A stretch of 64,000 nucleotides of DNA, taken from NCBI GenBank assembly GCA_905178155.1, contig CAJINV010000001.1:7385794-7449793 (forward strand), written 5' to 3'. The notes below the pieces were generated by a model, which saw nothing but the letters and a program-made list of their open reading frames with translations, was not told the DNA's origin and made no database searches. Source of the DNA: Amoebophrya sp. A120. Taxonomy: Eukaryota > Protista > Dinoflagellata. Made by a program: the position numbers and the translations under genes. Every line of letters starts with the position of its first letter. The stretch's first letter is position 1. Positions 1-11,675 of this stretch are shown here, in pieces.

Positions 1-1315
1 CTCCTGTCTCCACCCTTGAGAGGACGAAAGACAAACAATACGATCGCGCCCTCACGACAGCAAACCGATGTAGAGTTGACGACCCACTGGTAGCTGCACA
101 AGGAGCAACTGTCCATCTTTATCCGTACCCGACGACCCACAACCACACTTCAAGAACAAGGCCAAAGCAGAGCAAGAACCAGCTGCGCGTGTTGTAAAAA
201 TGGTCGAGAATGATCTCTTCGACGTCGACCCAAAAGTAACCGGCCTTTATTTGGAGTTGTAAAACAAAATAAATGAAATCGTAGCTCGCTCTGACCTTTG
301 CAGTACCATTTTCGCGTTGCAAGCAACCTTGGTTCTTTTGCGGCGTCGCACGAACAGACCTCACGTCCGTGCTTGAAAGTTGAAGTTCGGGATCGAGTTA
401 CGTCCCACGCCGTCGAGTACGAGTACGATTACCATTACGAATGCGATTACTTAATGTTAAAACTTAAAGTTAAACTAGTCGAAGTACTAAATAATAAATC
501 ATTCATCGTTTGATTGTAATACTGATGTGATGCTTCTTTTTCCTGTGCTTGCTCTGTATCATGCACACACCATCTCGATGACAGATTCCACATTGTAGAA
601 AAAAGAGTGCGAGATTCCGTTGTATTTGCAGACCATATAACAAACAGGAAGAGATAAAATTAATACGAGAATGCTGAGTAACGGAAGAGAATAATGTAGC
701 TGAAAAGTGTAAGCAAACAAAATAAATTGCGTATAATGCGTCCTGAATTTTTGACGTGCTAAACTACAGAGATGATGAGAAAACAAGCAAAACGAACTTC
801 AACTTTTTGTTACTTGTAAGTTGACGCGAACATAAAAATTGTATGTGAAAAAACAAAAATGCTGCAAAATTTTACAGGACGTCACTCCCCTACATGCTAG
901 TGGCGTTTTGCGGCAATAGACTAGTACTTTGACTTTCGTGATAGGATTGCCCTATCCTTCTGCTTGAATGCATCACATAAAATGTGCGAGATGAAAGCCA
1001 GAACTGCAACTACCAATTGATTCAAAAGCAGATGACAATGAAAACGATACACATGTCTCCTCGTAGTCGTCGGGTCTCGAAGACCCAAAGAAGAGTTCAG
1101 CTCCACTGCTTCGTTGGGTGTGCAGGATAAAAAACACTTTCACCATCACTCTTTCGCAATTCTGTTTCGGAGCAGGCTTATTTCTGCCGTGCAAGGAACG
1201 CAGTGAGAGCCATGAAAACTGTTCAATTCATGCATTTTTTTGCATGCATCATGGTACGAAAGGATGGTGCTAGTAGTATAATGGCTTTTTTTGTTGGTTA
1301 CCCTGAGCGCCCCAC

Positions 1316-4036
1316 TTAGTCCGTATTAAGCCCATTCTGCTCCATCTCTCATCCAACGCAAAAACACCTCCGCACTACTAATCAAGATGGCATCCTCGGC
1401 CCCTGCGAAACGTGTTCGCCGCGGCGGAGCTCAAGTAATGTGCCGAACGATGAGCAGAGACACTGTCATGCTAGCTCATATCTTAGTGATTGCGATAATT
1501 CCTTCTATTTCTACTGTATCTGGTGCAAACAATTAGTCCGGGATTTTTCACATTGTAGTTCATACGCAAAAATACAAATAGCATCAGTAGCTCGAAGCGT
1601 GCTGTGCTGCAGAAGCAAGCACTATTGGGGTCTCCTCTTGATTAGGAAGCGCAGTGTTTTTCCGATGGATACGTCCGCCTGCCCACCCTGTAATTGCGCG
1701 TTACTTTGTCTCGCAGAAGCACAAGAAACCGAGTCCTCCCCGTCCCCGCCCTCCATGGCCGAAAACAGACCCGTGGCCGCCCGCACATCCGGATCCGCGC
1801 GCCTCAAATTGTCGTATTGTTGTTGCTGTGCCGGCGTGCAGTCCCCGGGCAACGTATTCGCGCCGTTCCGGATGCCAGGGCCCCGCACCGGAGCGGACAT
1901 GGACCGAGGCAAGGCTGCAGGCGGGGTCGCCGCCGGCAGAGCTGCGTCATCGCGGTCCGCCGCTTCCCCGTCCATCGGTTCGCCCCCCGCAGCAGCCGCG
2001 CGAGCTTGTCCAGCTTCCAAATCCGCCACTTCGCCCAGATTCTCGCCTTCCAAATCCTGGGCTTCCGGCTCCGCCGCCTCCCCGCCGGGGTACTCCTCCT
2101 CGTCGTCCTCCTCGTCGTCCTCCGCAGCGCCCAACGCCGCGCCCGGCACATGTTTTTGAACGGTGCTGCGCAATTTTTTGTTCGCGTTCACCACCTGCTG
2201 TGTGGCCAGTTGCAACTGCTGCTGGTGGTACTTTTGAAGCACGAGCGCGACGCGCTGACCATGGATGGAATTGACCAGGGCGAGGATTTTCGTCGTCAGC
2301 GACCCCACCTCTTCGCACTCCTATCGCAATGAAATTTTCTGTCTCATGCCCCACCTGGCTGCGGTCCAGGCAACATCCTCTAGTGCAACTTCATCCGCAG
2401 GCCTTTCACAGCCGCGACCCTGCTGCTTGGCACACCAGCACAGATGGCTCGGTACGAAATGAGACACAATCAAAGCAAAGCACCTTTGTCCCCTTCACCT
2501 TCAGGAACTACAGATGTACAGTATATAGGTGGACGCCTTCCTGAGTTGTCGCACCGTTTGCTGGACGTCTAGTCTCATCCTGAGGTTGAGGAACGTCAAA
2601 CCAAAGTACGTCTATATAGTGAACGCTAATGAATGGACACGACCTCGCCCTAGAAATAGACTACAGGCAAAAAAATAATCTTCCACATAAAACGGATTCG
2701 CGAAACTCCTGCGCCACGCATCATACATTCGTATCTTTCTTGCAAGCAGCTGGACGGAGCGAGACCGAACGAAATTTCATTGGAATAGCTTCTCCTGGAA
2801 GGTGCCCAGCAGGTCCTTGTGCTCGATGACCAGCGGTTGGAGCGCGGTGATCTTCTCCGCGGTTTCGTGGTGGTCAGGAGCGGTGCCGCGCGCGTGTTCC
2901 AGCTCTTTCTGGTAACTTCCCACTTTCCGAGTCCACTTTGCAAACTCCTCGTTGATGATTTTGCGTTCCTCGTGAACCTCGGGCGACGGATCGGCGACCA
3001 GCACGCCGGTGCCAGCCTCTTCTGCTTCCTGGTCGTCGTCACCGGCTTCAGTTACATTCTCCCAGTCGTCCTCCTCGTCCTCATTGTACTCGCCACCGCC
3101 GTGGCCATCGTACCCACCCTCCTCGCCCGGGGCCTCCCACTCGTCCGGCGTGGCTTCTTCGGCTTCCTCGCCGGCACGGCCGAGAAACGAAGAACTCCCT
3201 TCAGGGAGGTCCTCACCTGTCCAAGCAAAAAAGATTGTAGATGTAACTTTTTTTTCTTTGGACAGGAATAGCATTACTACAAATCTGTCAGGCATAAGAG
3301 CAAAAACCTCTCATGCGCAGATAGCACGCTAAAACGCGCTTGCACGGATGTCCCGCAATGCATGTCCAGCATGTTGACAGAGAGAGGCAATCATCTTGCG
3401 TGTTGCGCAGCACCACAATAAAGTTACACTAGCAATGTTTTTCTTCTGGATACCGTCCCCGCCGGCATCCGCGGCCTCCGCGCCTGCGCCACCGCCTCCC
3501 ATCACGGCGGGAGCCAAGGAAGCCACAGTCGAAGCGGCTTCCAAGCCAGAGCCGCTAAACAGGGCAGTTAGCTTCTCAAGCCCCTCACTGACACTGCCTG
3601 CTTCAGCACCGGATTTTATGCAACGAAAAAACAATCAGAGCCTGCCCTATCCCGCAAGCCCAACTCAAGTAGAAGTACTCTGCCGCATCAAAATGAACTC
3701 GACACACGCAGGCATTGCAATGAACGGCTGCGGCCGTGCGAGCTACCATCGATAAGTACTTTAGTACCCACATCGAGGGCTGTACCGCAATACCGTGGTC
3801 AGCCAGATCCACTTCGCGTTCAAACGTGCATTGATCTCCTGCGTTGCCTACACCAGTGCCTTTCGACTTGCAAAACAACGACTTCTAGAATCCTTTTCGT
3901 GGTCGCATAACCGCTTTAAAAATCGAAGATAATGCCACCAGAGAACAAGAAGTAACAGAAGACACGCGAGCAGCTTCAGCAGACGATCAGCAAAATAGAG
4001 CAGAGGGTCACTGAAGATCGTTTGTCTCATAAGCAT
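1316..4036 (-). CDS. Multi-exon hypothetical protein with hydrophobic N-terminus and acidic/coiled-coil regions
   Basis: ORFs 3329-3634, 2777-3295 and 1622-2308 join in frame after removing TIR/TSD introns 3218-3452, 2322-2787 and 1350-1671 (e.g. QEK-REEVGSLTTK). Predicted stop TAA at 1316-1318. The 5' exons (3603-4036) are less certain. Confidence 0.55.
1350..1671. mobile_element. Degenerate introner-derived intron (322 bp)
   Basis: Ends CATCCAACGCAAAAACAC and (reverse complement) TATCCATCGGAAAAACAC. TSD is eroded. A GT..AG splice removing element+5 nt gives a short terminal exon. Confidence 0.5.
2322..2787. mobile_element. Introner intron (466 bp)
   Basis: TIR TATCGCAATGAAATTT / TATTCCAATGAAATTT, flanks ACTCC/GCTTC. 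Removal of element+5 nt fuses ORF 2777-3295 to 1622-2308 in frame. Confidence 0.75.
3218..3452. mobile_element. Introner intron (235 bp)
   Basis: TIR TGTCCAAGCAAAAAAGATTGTAGATGTAAC / TATCCAGAAGAAAAACATTGCTAGTGTAAC, flanks TCACC/CCGTC. In-frame join of ORFs 3329-3634 and 2777-3295. Confidence 0.7.
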
Positions 4037-4047
4037 ACCCGCGGAAA

Positions 4048-4131
4048 GAGTCGGAGGAGCCGTGGTCAGAGACAGGGTCGGAGACGGGGTCGAAGCCGGG
4101 GTCGGAGCGGTCAGAGACCGGGTCGGAGCGG
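4048..4131. repeat. Imperfect ~11-12 bp tandem repeat (GGGTCGGAGMC-like, ~7 units)
   Basis: Read directly: ggtcagagac agggtcggagac ggggtcgaagc cggggtcggagc ggtcagagac cgggtcggagc. Confidence 0.7.
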
Positions 4132-4509
4132 ACCCACCCCCAAAAAATATAATGAAGAAAAATCCCCCCTCCCTATACTGACATTCGTCGTTTGTTTATC
4201 TTTCGAGTCGAGTTGCGCACAGGGATTAGATTAAGAAATCTGTCTTGCAAGTCCGCAGCTAGCTTCATACTCGTTCTGCTTCTGGGGTCTCCGCCACATT
4301 ATTACTTGCATAAATAATACACATGCGATGTACTTAATGCTGCTCGGCCTACAGGAGAGCAGGCGTCTGTCACGCTAAGAGGCTGCTCCTCAAGTCGACG
4401 CATCCTTCCCCCCAGGCTTGCGGTCTCCCTCCTGTACCAGTCCGTTACTGCAAACCAGATATTTGACGCTCGTACAAAAATCCGGCATCAGAAGTGTGGT
4501 TTTGAATAT

Positions 4510-5578
4510 CTATTGGAAGTGGGGACTATCAATTTCGATAAACAGCGATTTCGCCTTGTCGAAGAGGCTTGTGGCTGCGGACTTAGCTTTGCCCGCCGCT
4601 TTGTCGGCGAGGTTCTTGAAGGACCCCACTGCCGCCGTTGCCCCGTTCTTGGTCTGGTCGAAAAGATTCTTCCACGTGCTTAATTGAAACTTAGATTGGA
4701 AGTCCCCCAAAATCCACTCTCCCCCCGCACGGTATGACCCTTGAAATTGATGCCTGCTACGAGAAATAAATATAAGCCGCGAAGTAGCAACGCAGGAATG
4801 GAAACCTCAAACCGAATCATCTTCACGACTACGCATGGTCTAAATACAGTATGGAGCTGAAGCCTTTGTTTTGTATTTAGATCGCAGAAGAAGCGGTTTC
4901 CAAACGAGATGCTGCTTCTTCCACGATCTCGGCCTCGAGACGTAGTAGCCCTCGGCGCTACAGACGCATAAGCATCGTGCCTGTTCGGGGTACGTACTTG
5001 AGTCGGTGTTACTCATTTCTGGCGCCTCATGGAAATGGGCAGCAGCCGACGATGACGAGCGCTCGACCTTGAACCAGACCATGCAACGCGGAAGATGAAA
5101 CAACTTCCGGAATAGGGACGATAGGCTTAAGCATCATCATGTATATGCGCCGCATTAATATCTACGTAAGTGTAATGCGTTCGCAAAAGACCAGACGACC
5201 ATCGAAAACCTGCGACGCATTGCAACTTTTTGCAGCCGATGACGAAACTCAGCCTACTAAAAATTGCAGCGGCAGCTTGTATAGTACGGAGTCATTCTGT
5301 CGTAAGCGGCCTACTACTTCGGCAGATCCTACAACGAAGCTTCTTCTCGTGAGCACGCACCAGCTAAAGCATGTCATACAGCCGATTTTTCCCCGATTTC
5401 CTTCATCAGCCCCGAAAAATCGTGGGTTTTCACCATGGAACCAAGCTTCCCCAATTCGGTCTTGGCCGCACCGGCAGCCGTTTTCAACATGGCAGGATTC
5501 GCAGCCAACGCTCCGACATTCGGCGCCAAGTAGATCGCTGCCAACAGCATCTTCAGCTGCCGCTGTTATGTTTTTCAT
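4510..5578 (-). CDS. Probable multi-exon hypothetical protein (Cys-rich segments, then a Lys/Ala-rich amphipathic segment)
   Basis: Co-oriented protein-like ORFs 5249-5578, 4840-5103 and 4510-4710. Junctions not resolved. Confidence 0.35.
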
Positions 5579-5899
5579 TTTCCGCTTCTTTTCGAACGCA
5601 CGCAGCGTCTGCGTCCTGGGACTTCAAACGAATCACAATGTCGTTCGACGTGACGCTATTGGTACGAAGTACAGGACCCAAGAAATAGCCACTGTTCTTA
5701 TATACTCCGGCAAGAAACTTTCGGCGAAGGTGGCGCGATTTTTAAGTAGGGACTTCATCACTCATATGATGTGCATGATGCTGGGTTGCTCCTAGAACTT
5801 GTGCAAGCATGTTGCACGCCTGTACAGCGCATATAACAAAAAAGCAATTCTACTTCTTGCTTCCCATATTAAGTACACGAAGCTTCGCCTTCATTCATA

Positions 5900-7684
5900 T
5901 CACTCGATTCGGCACCATGTCAAAAACATTCGGTTCAAACATAGATGACTACTTGTTACGAACTGACTTACCCGATTGTTCTGCACCCGGGTCTTGACCG
6001 CCTGGATCATCATCATCAGTGGCATGTCGAGCATTCGTTGTTTTGTGTTTTTGCGGACCGCCTTCTTTCCTGGCGAGAGCGTGAACTGGTACGAGGGGCC
6101 GGAAAACCACTTGGCGTAGGAATTGCAGACTTCGTCCTCGTAGGCCTTTTTCGCGCCCCCGCGGTAGACCCCCATCGACAGCGTCGCGACGCCCAGCGTC
6201 CACTTTTTGCTCCACGGCTTCACCACGTAGTCCGGCATGTAGAAGTCCGTAGCGTGCTATGGAGAGGAAAAAGTTTGTCGGGGCCACTATTTCATGATCC
6301 CAGGCTTTGTGTAGAAATTTTCCAGCCGTCCTAACTTTTGTCTTGCTGCAGAAAAACGAGCAAAAGGGGCGAGAAAAAGGAGAGAACGACGAGCTTCTCT
6401 GCGAGGATGCATTTGAGTGATCGCGTTCTTTCCTACGTTTTTGTCATGCAAATATGCGCCGCAAGAGGAATCGCGACAAACTTTTTTTGTTGGATACGTG
6501 CATGGGCTGTCCCGCGTCATCCCAACCAGTGATCATTTGCACGTGCCAGCGCATGACCAAGCTCACCTTCTTCTCGTACATCATGGCGTACGAGCATCAC
6601 CATGAAAATCATCCCCGCACCGTCCCGGGGCCTCCGTGCGAGGGCTCTCGCAACAACAACATGCAGTCAATACCGTTAAGACAGTGTCAAATTGCGGTTG
6701 GTAACACTCTAGACATCTTGCAAATTATCGGCCAGAAAAAAATCGAGGACTGTGCACCGCCTCAAAACTTTTTAGATGCGCTGAAGGAGCATGTTCATCG
6801 TTCGGCCTCAACAATCTACTGTGTCAAATGACTGCTTCAGCACCCCTTACATAACCACAAATGGAGAGCAAATACAGACTCATCGGTTGATTGTGTGCGC
6901 ACATTTGACCCCGGAAGGAAGGTGGAAATATGAAAAAACTGCAGTTTGATAACGGGTACAAGGTCGCCGGTTTATTGTGAAATTTTTGGTTACCATCTTC
7001 GCAAGCTTTTTTCGCTTTCTCCACGTCCTGCGACCGGCACGTGACTTGGGCGGGCTTGTCACCGCAGTGGTACGTCGCGCAGTGGAGAGGCTGGTGGGCT
7101 TTCGGCGGGGCGTCCTCCCCGCCCGCGAAGAACTCGTCCGTCGCATCATCGTAGTTCACCTGGTCCGACTGCGCAAAAATGACAAAGTTCGGCATGGGCG
7201 AAAGCATCCCCACTTTCTGCACCGCAGCGAGCGCTTCGGGTTTCTTGCCTGGTTTGGATCCAACCAGGACCATGCGGCCGCCCCAGCTGTACTCGCCCTG
7301 GATGTGCACTTTTGCATCGTCAATGGCGTTCTTGGCCACGTTGAGCCCGGTAGCACCCCCGTGTTCCTGCCGCGTCAGGTCGAAGCTGAGCCCCTTGAAA
7401 ATCCCCCGGCCCTGGAAGATGTGCTTGCGCATGTCGAAAGACGACGAACCGTCGTTCAGCCCCCAGTCATCATGGGTCAGCGGTTTCGGGTCCCAATCAT
7501 CCGGTACTTCATCGCCACCGCCGTCGTCTGCAGCGGCGAGAACCTTGGGCTGCACAAACGTCGAGTTGCCCGACATCAACCCGAAAGCATCCTCCAAAGA
7601 GTGCTTGTCGTCAACCTCATTCGCAACGCGCGCCTCCACCCCGTGGGGCAACAGCGCGCAGCACAACGCAACAGCGCGTCGCAT
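5900..7684 (-). CDS. Putative secreted protein (signal peptide-like MRRAVALCCALLPHGVEA)
   Basis: ORF 6824-7684, middle exon 6497-6594 (YAMMYEKKVSLVMRWHVQMITGWDDAGQPMH) and ORF 5900-6238 join in frame across introners 6595-6951 and 6258-6496. Confidence 0.65.
6258..6496. mobile_element. Introner intron (239 bp), TSD CGTGC
   Basis: TIR TATGGAGAGGAAAAAGTTTGTCG / TATCCAACAAAAAAAGTTTGTCG. Perfect 5-bp direct repeat at 6253-6257 and 6497-6501. Removal gives MH-ATDFYMPDY in frame. Confidence 0.85.
6595..6951. mobile_element. Degenerate introner intron (357 bp)
   Basis: Ends CATCACCATGAAAAT / TATCAAACTG, flanks ACGAG/ACGGG. Removal gives LYP-YAMMYEKK in frame. Confidence 0.55.
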
Positions 7685-9104
7685 CTGCAGCCCGAAGTTG
7701 TGCTACTACTTCTTCGTTTCGGCAACAACTCGTCGTCCAAGCGTTATCTGCTCCTCTCTTTGCCTCCTTGCGGACAGTTTATTTCTCACCCGTCCGCCAG
7801 ATTTTGCAGTATGCTGAACTCCAGAGTTTTTAAACAGAAAAGTTCGTCCGTAAAAACGGTGTGACGGTTGTTGGTGACTTCTTTTCAGTCTCTTCGCGAT
7901 GTAGTTTTGTTCTTCCTTTTGCTTAGTGTGTAGTTTACAACTGCTTGTTTGTGTTTCGTTAATTATCTCGGGTAATAAAAGTAAAAATTTTTGATTGCTT
8001 TCAAAACCTCCTCGTGGTCCTAGTTATCGTTGATAAAAGGTGAGAGAAAGTATGGGCTTCACTCAGGGTGTTCCCCATACCACTGAAAGATTATTGGGAA
8101 AAAGCTTTCTTTTGTCCAATCATGGGAAAAAGTTTTCTTTTGAAAATAGAGCTGTATGTCGTGGCACGTTGAACGATTGATGGCCGGGGGCGCAAGACCG
8201 ATATAATAGCAGTTATGCACGGTTACTCTTCAGTACGTCACTACCGAAGCAAATACTCTTGTGAACGATAATCCGAGGAACGAACGTACGAAAACTAGGA
8301 CGAACCGATTGCTTCCTTGCTTCCATTAGATGAGGAACCGACAGCTTTGGCGTTTTTCGATGCAAAACTATTGCTGTAATCTTTTTCATCTTCCTCGTAT
8401 ACACTGGGAAAACGCTTGCTGCAAAGTACGAAACCGAGCACCGCAGCTTCCTCTTTGTTCTGGACGCTATCTATACCGACTTTCGTTTTCAGAATCTCTA
8501 TGACAACCACTGAGCTTGCGGCAGGTTGACAATATTAATATTGATGGCACACGCTACCGAAATGACATTGATGCATTGGAAAACCCATTTCCTGACAGAT
8601 TTGTGACCGTGACAGGTACAAAACACGACCAGGTCCGAACCAATCTCGTCAGACACACTGCAGCGTTCCAAACTTGGAGGACAGACAATTTTTTTTTATC
8701 CAGGAGTTTATCAACCTAAAAAATCATTATTATTTGCAATGCCAGAGACGCAAAAGACATACGTCGGAGTACACGACTCTATCGATATTCTCAATGTCAG
8801 CACGCACGCATAGCGCACAAACTGCCCTCCGCTCCTCAAATTGGTCTTCCGGCGGCGGGGGATCGACGCTTATTTCGTCGTCACTGTATTATCGACCGAA
8901 CCGCTTCTGGGGGTCTTTATCATGATGAAAACTTTTGTCATATTCGTAAATTTTTACCAGTCAGTGCAAGTTGCCGCTTTCCACGCTGGAGAAAGCGGCT
9001 ACTTACTCATCTGTCCTCGTCGATCTCTCTGAACTCGAACTCGGTAAGTAGGAAAAACAATTGTGACTTCATCCCTGACAACATATCGACGACAAAAGTT
9101 TTCT

Positions 9105-11011
9105 TCACAGCAGTAATGTACGCAGCTTCAACAATGCCTCCACCTGATCTCCGAGCAGCGCGGCATTCTGGTTCCGCCGGTCAAAACAGTCCACCTCCAA
9201 GGAGATGCAGGTGCGCCGCTCTGTTCGAACGTGCGTCATCAGGTGCCTCGTCGTTGTCCTCCTGCTGGTTATGGTTTTTCGCCTACTACTCCGCCGCATC
9301 AGCTCCGATGTTTGCGTCTCTTCCTCTGATACGTCGTGTGTCGATGCAGAGCCCCCGGAGCCGATCGAAGGGGCTGCATTGTCACCTGCCAGTTTCATCT
9401 CTTCCTGGTCCTCCTCGGTGACGTGGATGGTTCTTCCCGATGATGAAGCAGTACTATGCTTCTCCTCGATTTTGGGCTCACCCGAAATATTCAAATGTGA
9501 ATCCAGATGTTCTGCTGGTGGTTCTTCCCCGGCAATGTTTCGAAAAGAATCCTCCACCAGCTCGCCTCCATCGCCAGCCCCAGGAGGATCTGAAGACTCA
9601 CTTGCATGCTCTACTGCTTTTCGCGAATCTTCTCCACGATCCTGCCCTGCCGCCTCGTCGGCAACTCCTGGCTCGCGGAAGTCACGATTTCCGGCAACGT
9701 CGAGCACAGCTTCTACTTCTGGGTCACCGGCACCAGCATCGGTCATCGCAGTACTCTCCCGCCGCTGCGTGCTGTCGTCCTGGACACCGACACGCACGAG
9801 CCACTGTTGTTCCTGTACGCTGACGCAGTGCGGCCCTGCGATGTCCGCCGCGCGCTCCTTTTCCGTGGGCGTCAGCTTCGGCAGATCGTTAGCGTCAAAC
9901 GTCACCCGCACACTGCTCACGCTATCGGCATCGTACGCGTTGGGTGTCGGGTCCGGCGACGCGTCGTGGGACCAGTACACCTTGTAGCTGAGTAGGTGCG
10001 GAAAGGGAAACCTCGACTCCTCTGCAGACTGGGGGAGCGTTGCTTGCTGCTGCGGGGTATGGAACAGGGAAATACTTAAGCAACTCCACCCTCATCGCTT
10101 GCTCCTCCGTATTTGACTTTGATTGTTCTTACAACAATGCTGTAGAAATAAGAACCGAACGAGTCTTACTCTATCATGCCAGAAAATGCTAGTTTGTTAC
10201 CCCCGTATGCACATGCACCAAGAAACAGCTGAGATTTTTGCTTCTCGGAGTGCGTTGCTCGCCACCTGATAAAGCGCTTCGAGGTTCGTCAGCGTCGGTT
10301 TCTCCAAGTGCGAAACGTCTGCGAAATCGTGCGTCATTCCGGCAAAGCGCAGCATCCGGTGCTTGTGTCGGATACAGAAGTCCTTTGACCGCCGATAGCT
10401 GCGTTGAAGAAGTCAAGCGCTCGTGTTATTTTTTCTCCCGAAGAACTGATCCGAGCATACTCACTTACAAGGAGAAAATTCTAAAACTCAAAAACTTTTT
10501 CACTTCTTCCATGCCTAAACATCTCCGGCGGGAAACAAAAATGTATTAAAAATCGTGTTCGTGATTCACATAAGACTACGCTCATCCGTCGCATATCCAT
10601 AACATCACAGCTCAATACTGAAATTCCTGGCCCTCTTCGCCGCAGAGACGATCGAGGTACTGATTTATGTTGCGCGCGATGGAGTATGGACCTTCCGGAT
10701 ATCATGGCAAAAACTTTAAATCTTGTTCACACGGTCACATTGTCTCTCGGGGGTTCTTCAGGTTGTGTACTTACCACCAGAGCAATGATTGACAAAGAAA
10801 TGGCTTGCTACTATATATCGGATGATCCACGGTACTTGTACCGCAGACGCCAAAGAACTGATGACATGTCGCGACAGATTTGACCGCTGAAGAAGATTCA
10901 AATGAATCGCCATTCGGATAGCGGGCCACGGGCGACGCGGTCCTCCAAGCGCACTGGGCCTTGCTTGTCCTCGCGCTGCATTTCCTTGAGTTCAGCTGGC
11001 CGGTCTGCCAT
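9105..11011 (-). CDS. Hypothetical multi-exon protein with an acidic disordered region
   Basis: 291-aa ORF 9105-9980 plus a probable first exon starting MADRPAELKEMQRED at 11011. Internal and 3' exons unresolved. Confidence 0.4.
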
Positions 11012-11675
11012 GCGCTCTCGTTTTTTTCGCTTCCCCTTTCTCGTTCGCACCTGGAAGAAAACGGCCAGCGGAGTGTGGCCCTCGGTCAACAGGCAACCTC
11101 CCACGGGACGTCGACGGAACTGTGTGGAGAGCATTGGCGGACTTTTCTACTCGCAAATTGATATGTCTGTTGAGCATACAGAGAACGGAAAGCAGAGAAA
11201 AAAACCGACAATGGATGGTGCCGCAGGGTTTAGGAAATTGGTCGACTGTGTTTCGAAAGTTCGTGGCTCAAACAAAACCTCAGCGAGAAAAACCCTTGGT
11301 GCTGTGTTGACTGATCCAATAAAATCACCAAGACGAGTGACGATTATTTCCAGAATCTATCACGGACCACGAAATCCGGACTGTGTGCTACACCGAAGAA
11401 CGATTTGTTCACCACCACAACAAAAACGAGCGCCAATGGTGTTGACAGAAAAACTTAGATGCCGCAAGCGAACCGAGTGGCTGCTGGTAGCAGCGAACAC
11501 TCTTGGATGATGATGATCAACCTCGTTCTACAAATCTTCACACCAGCTCACAGACCATCATCAAAAGGCTCGCTGTATTCTCAGAATGCGTGTGCGCAGG
11601 CATTAGATTGTTCAGGTCTGATCGACATTCTTAGTAAGGCGCGATCTCCTACCATCACGATTATACGTAGTACAT

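Noticed and set aside
414-490. Hexamer-periodic stretch (GAGTAC/GATTAC...)
   Set aside because: Short degenerate simple repeat with no evidence of function.
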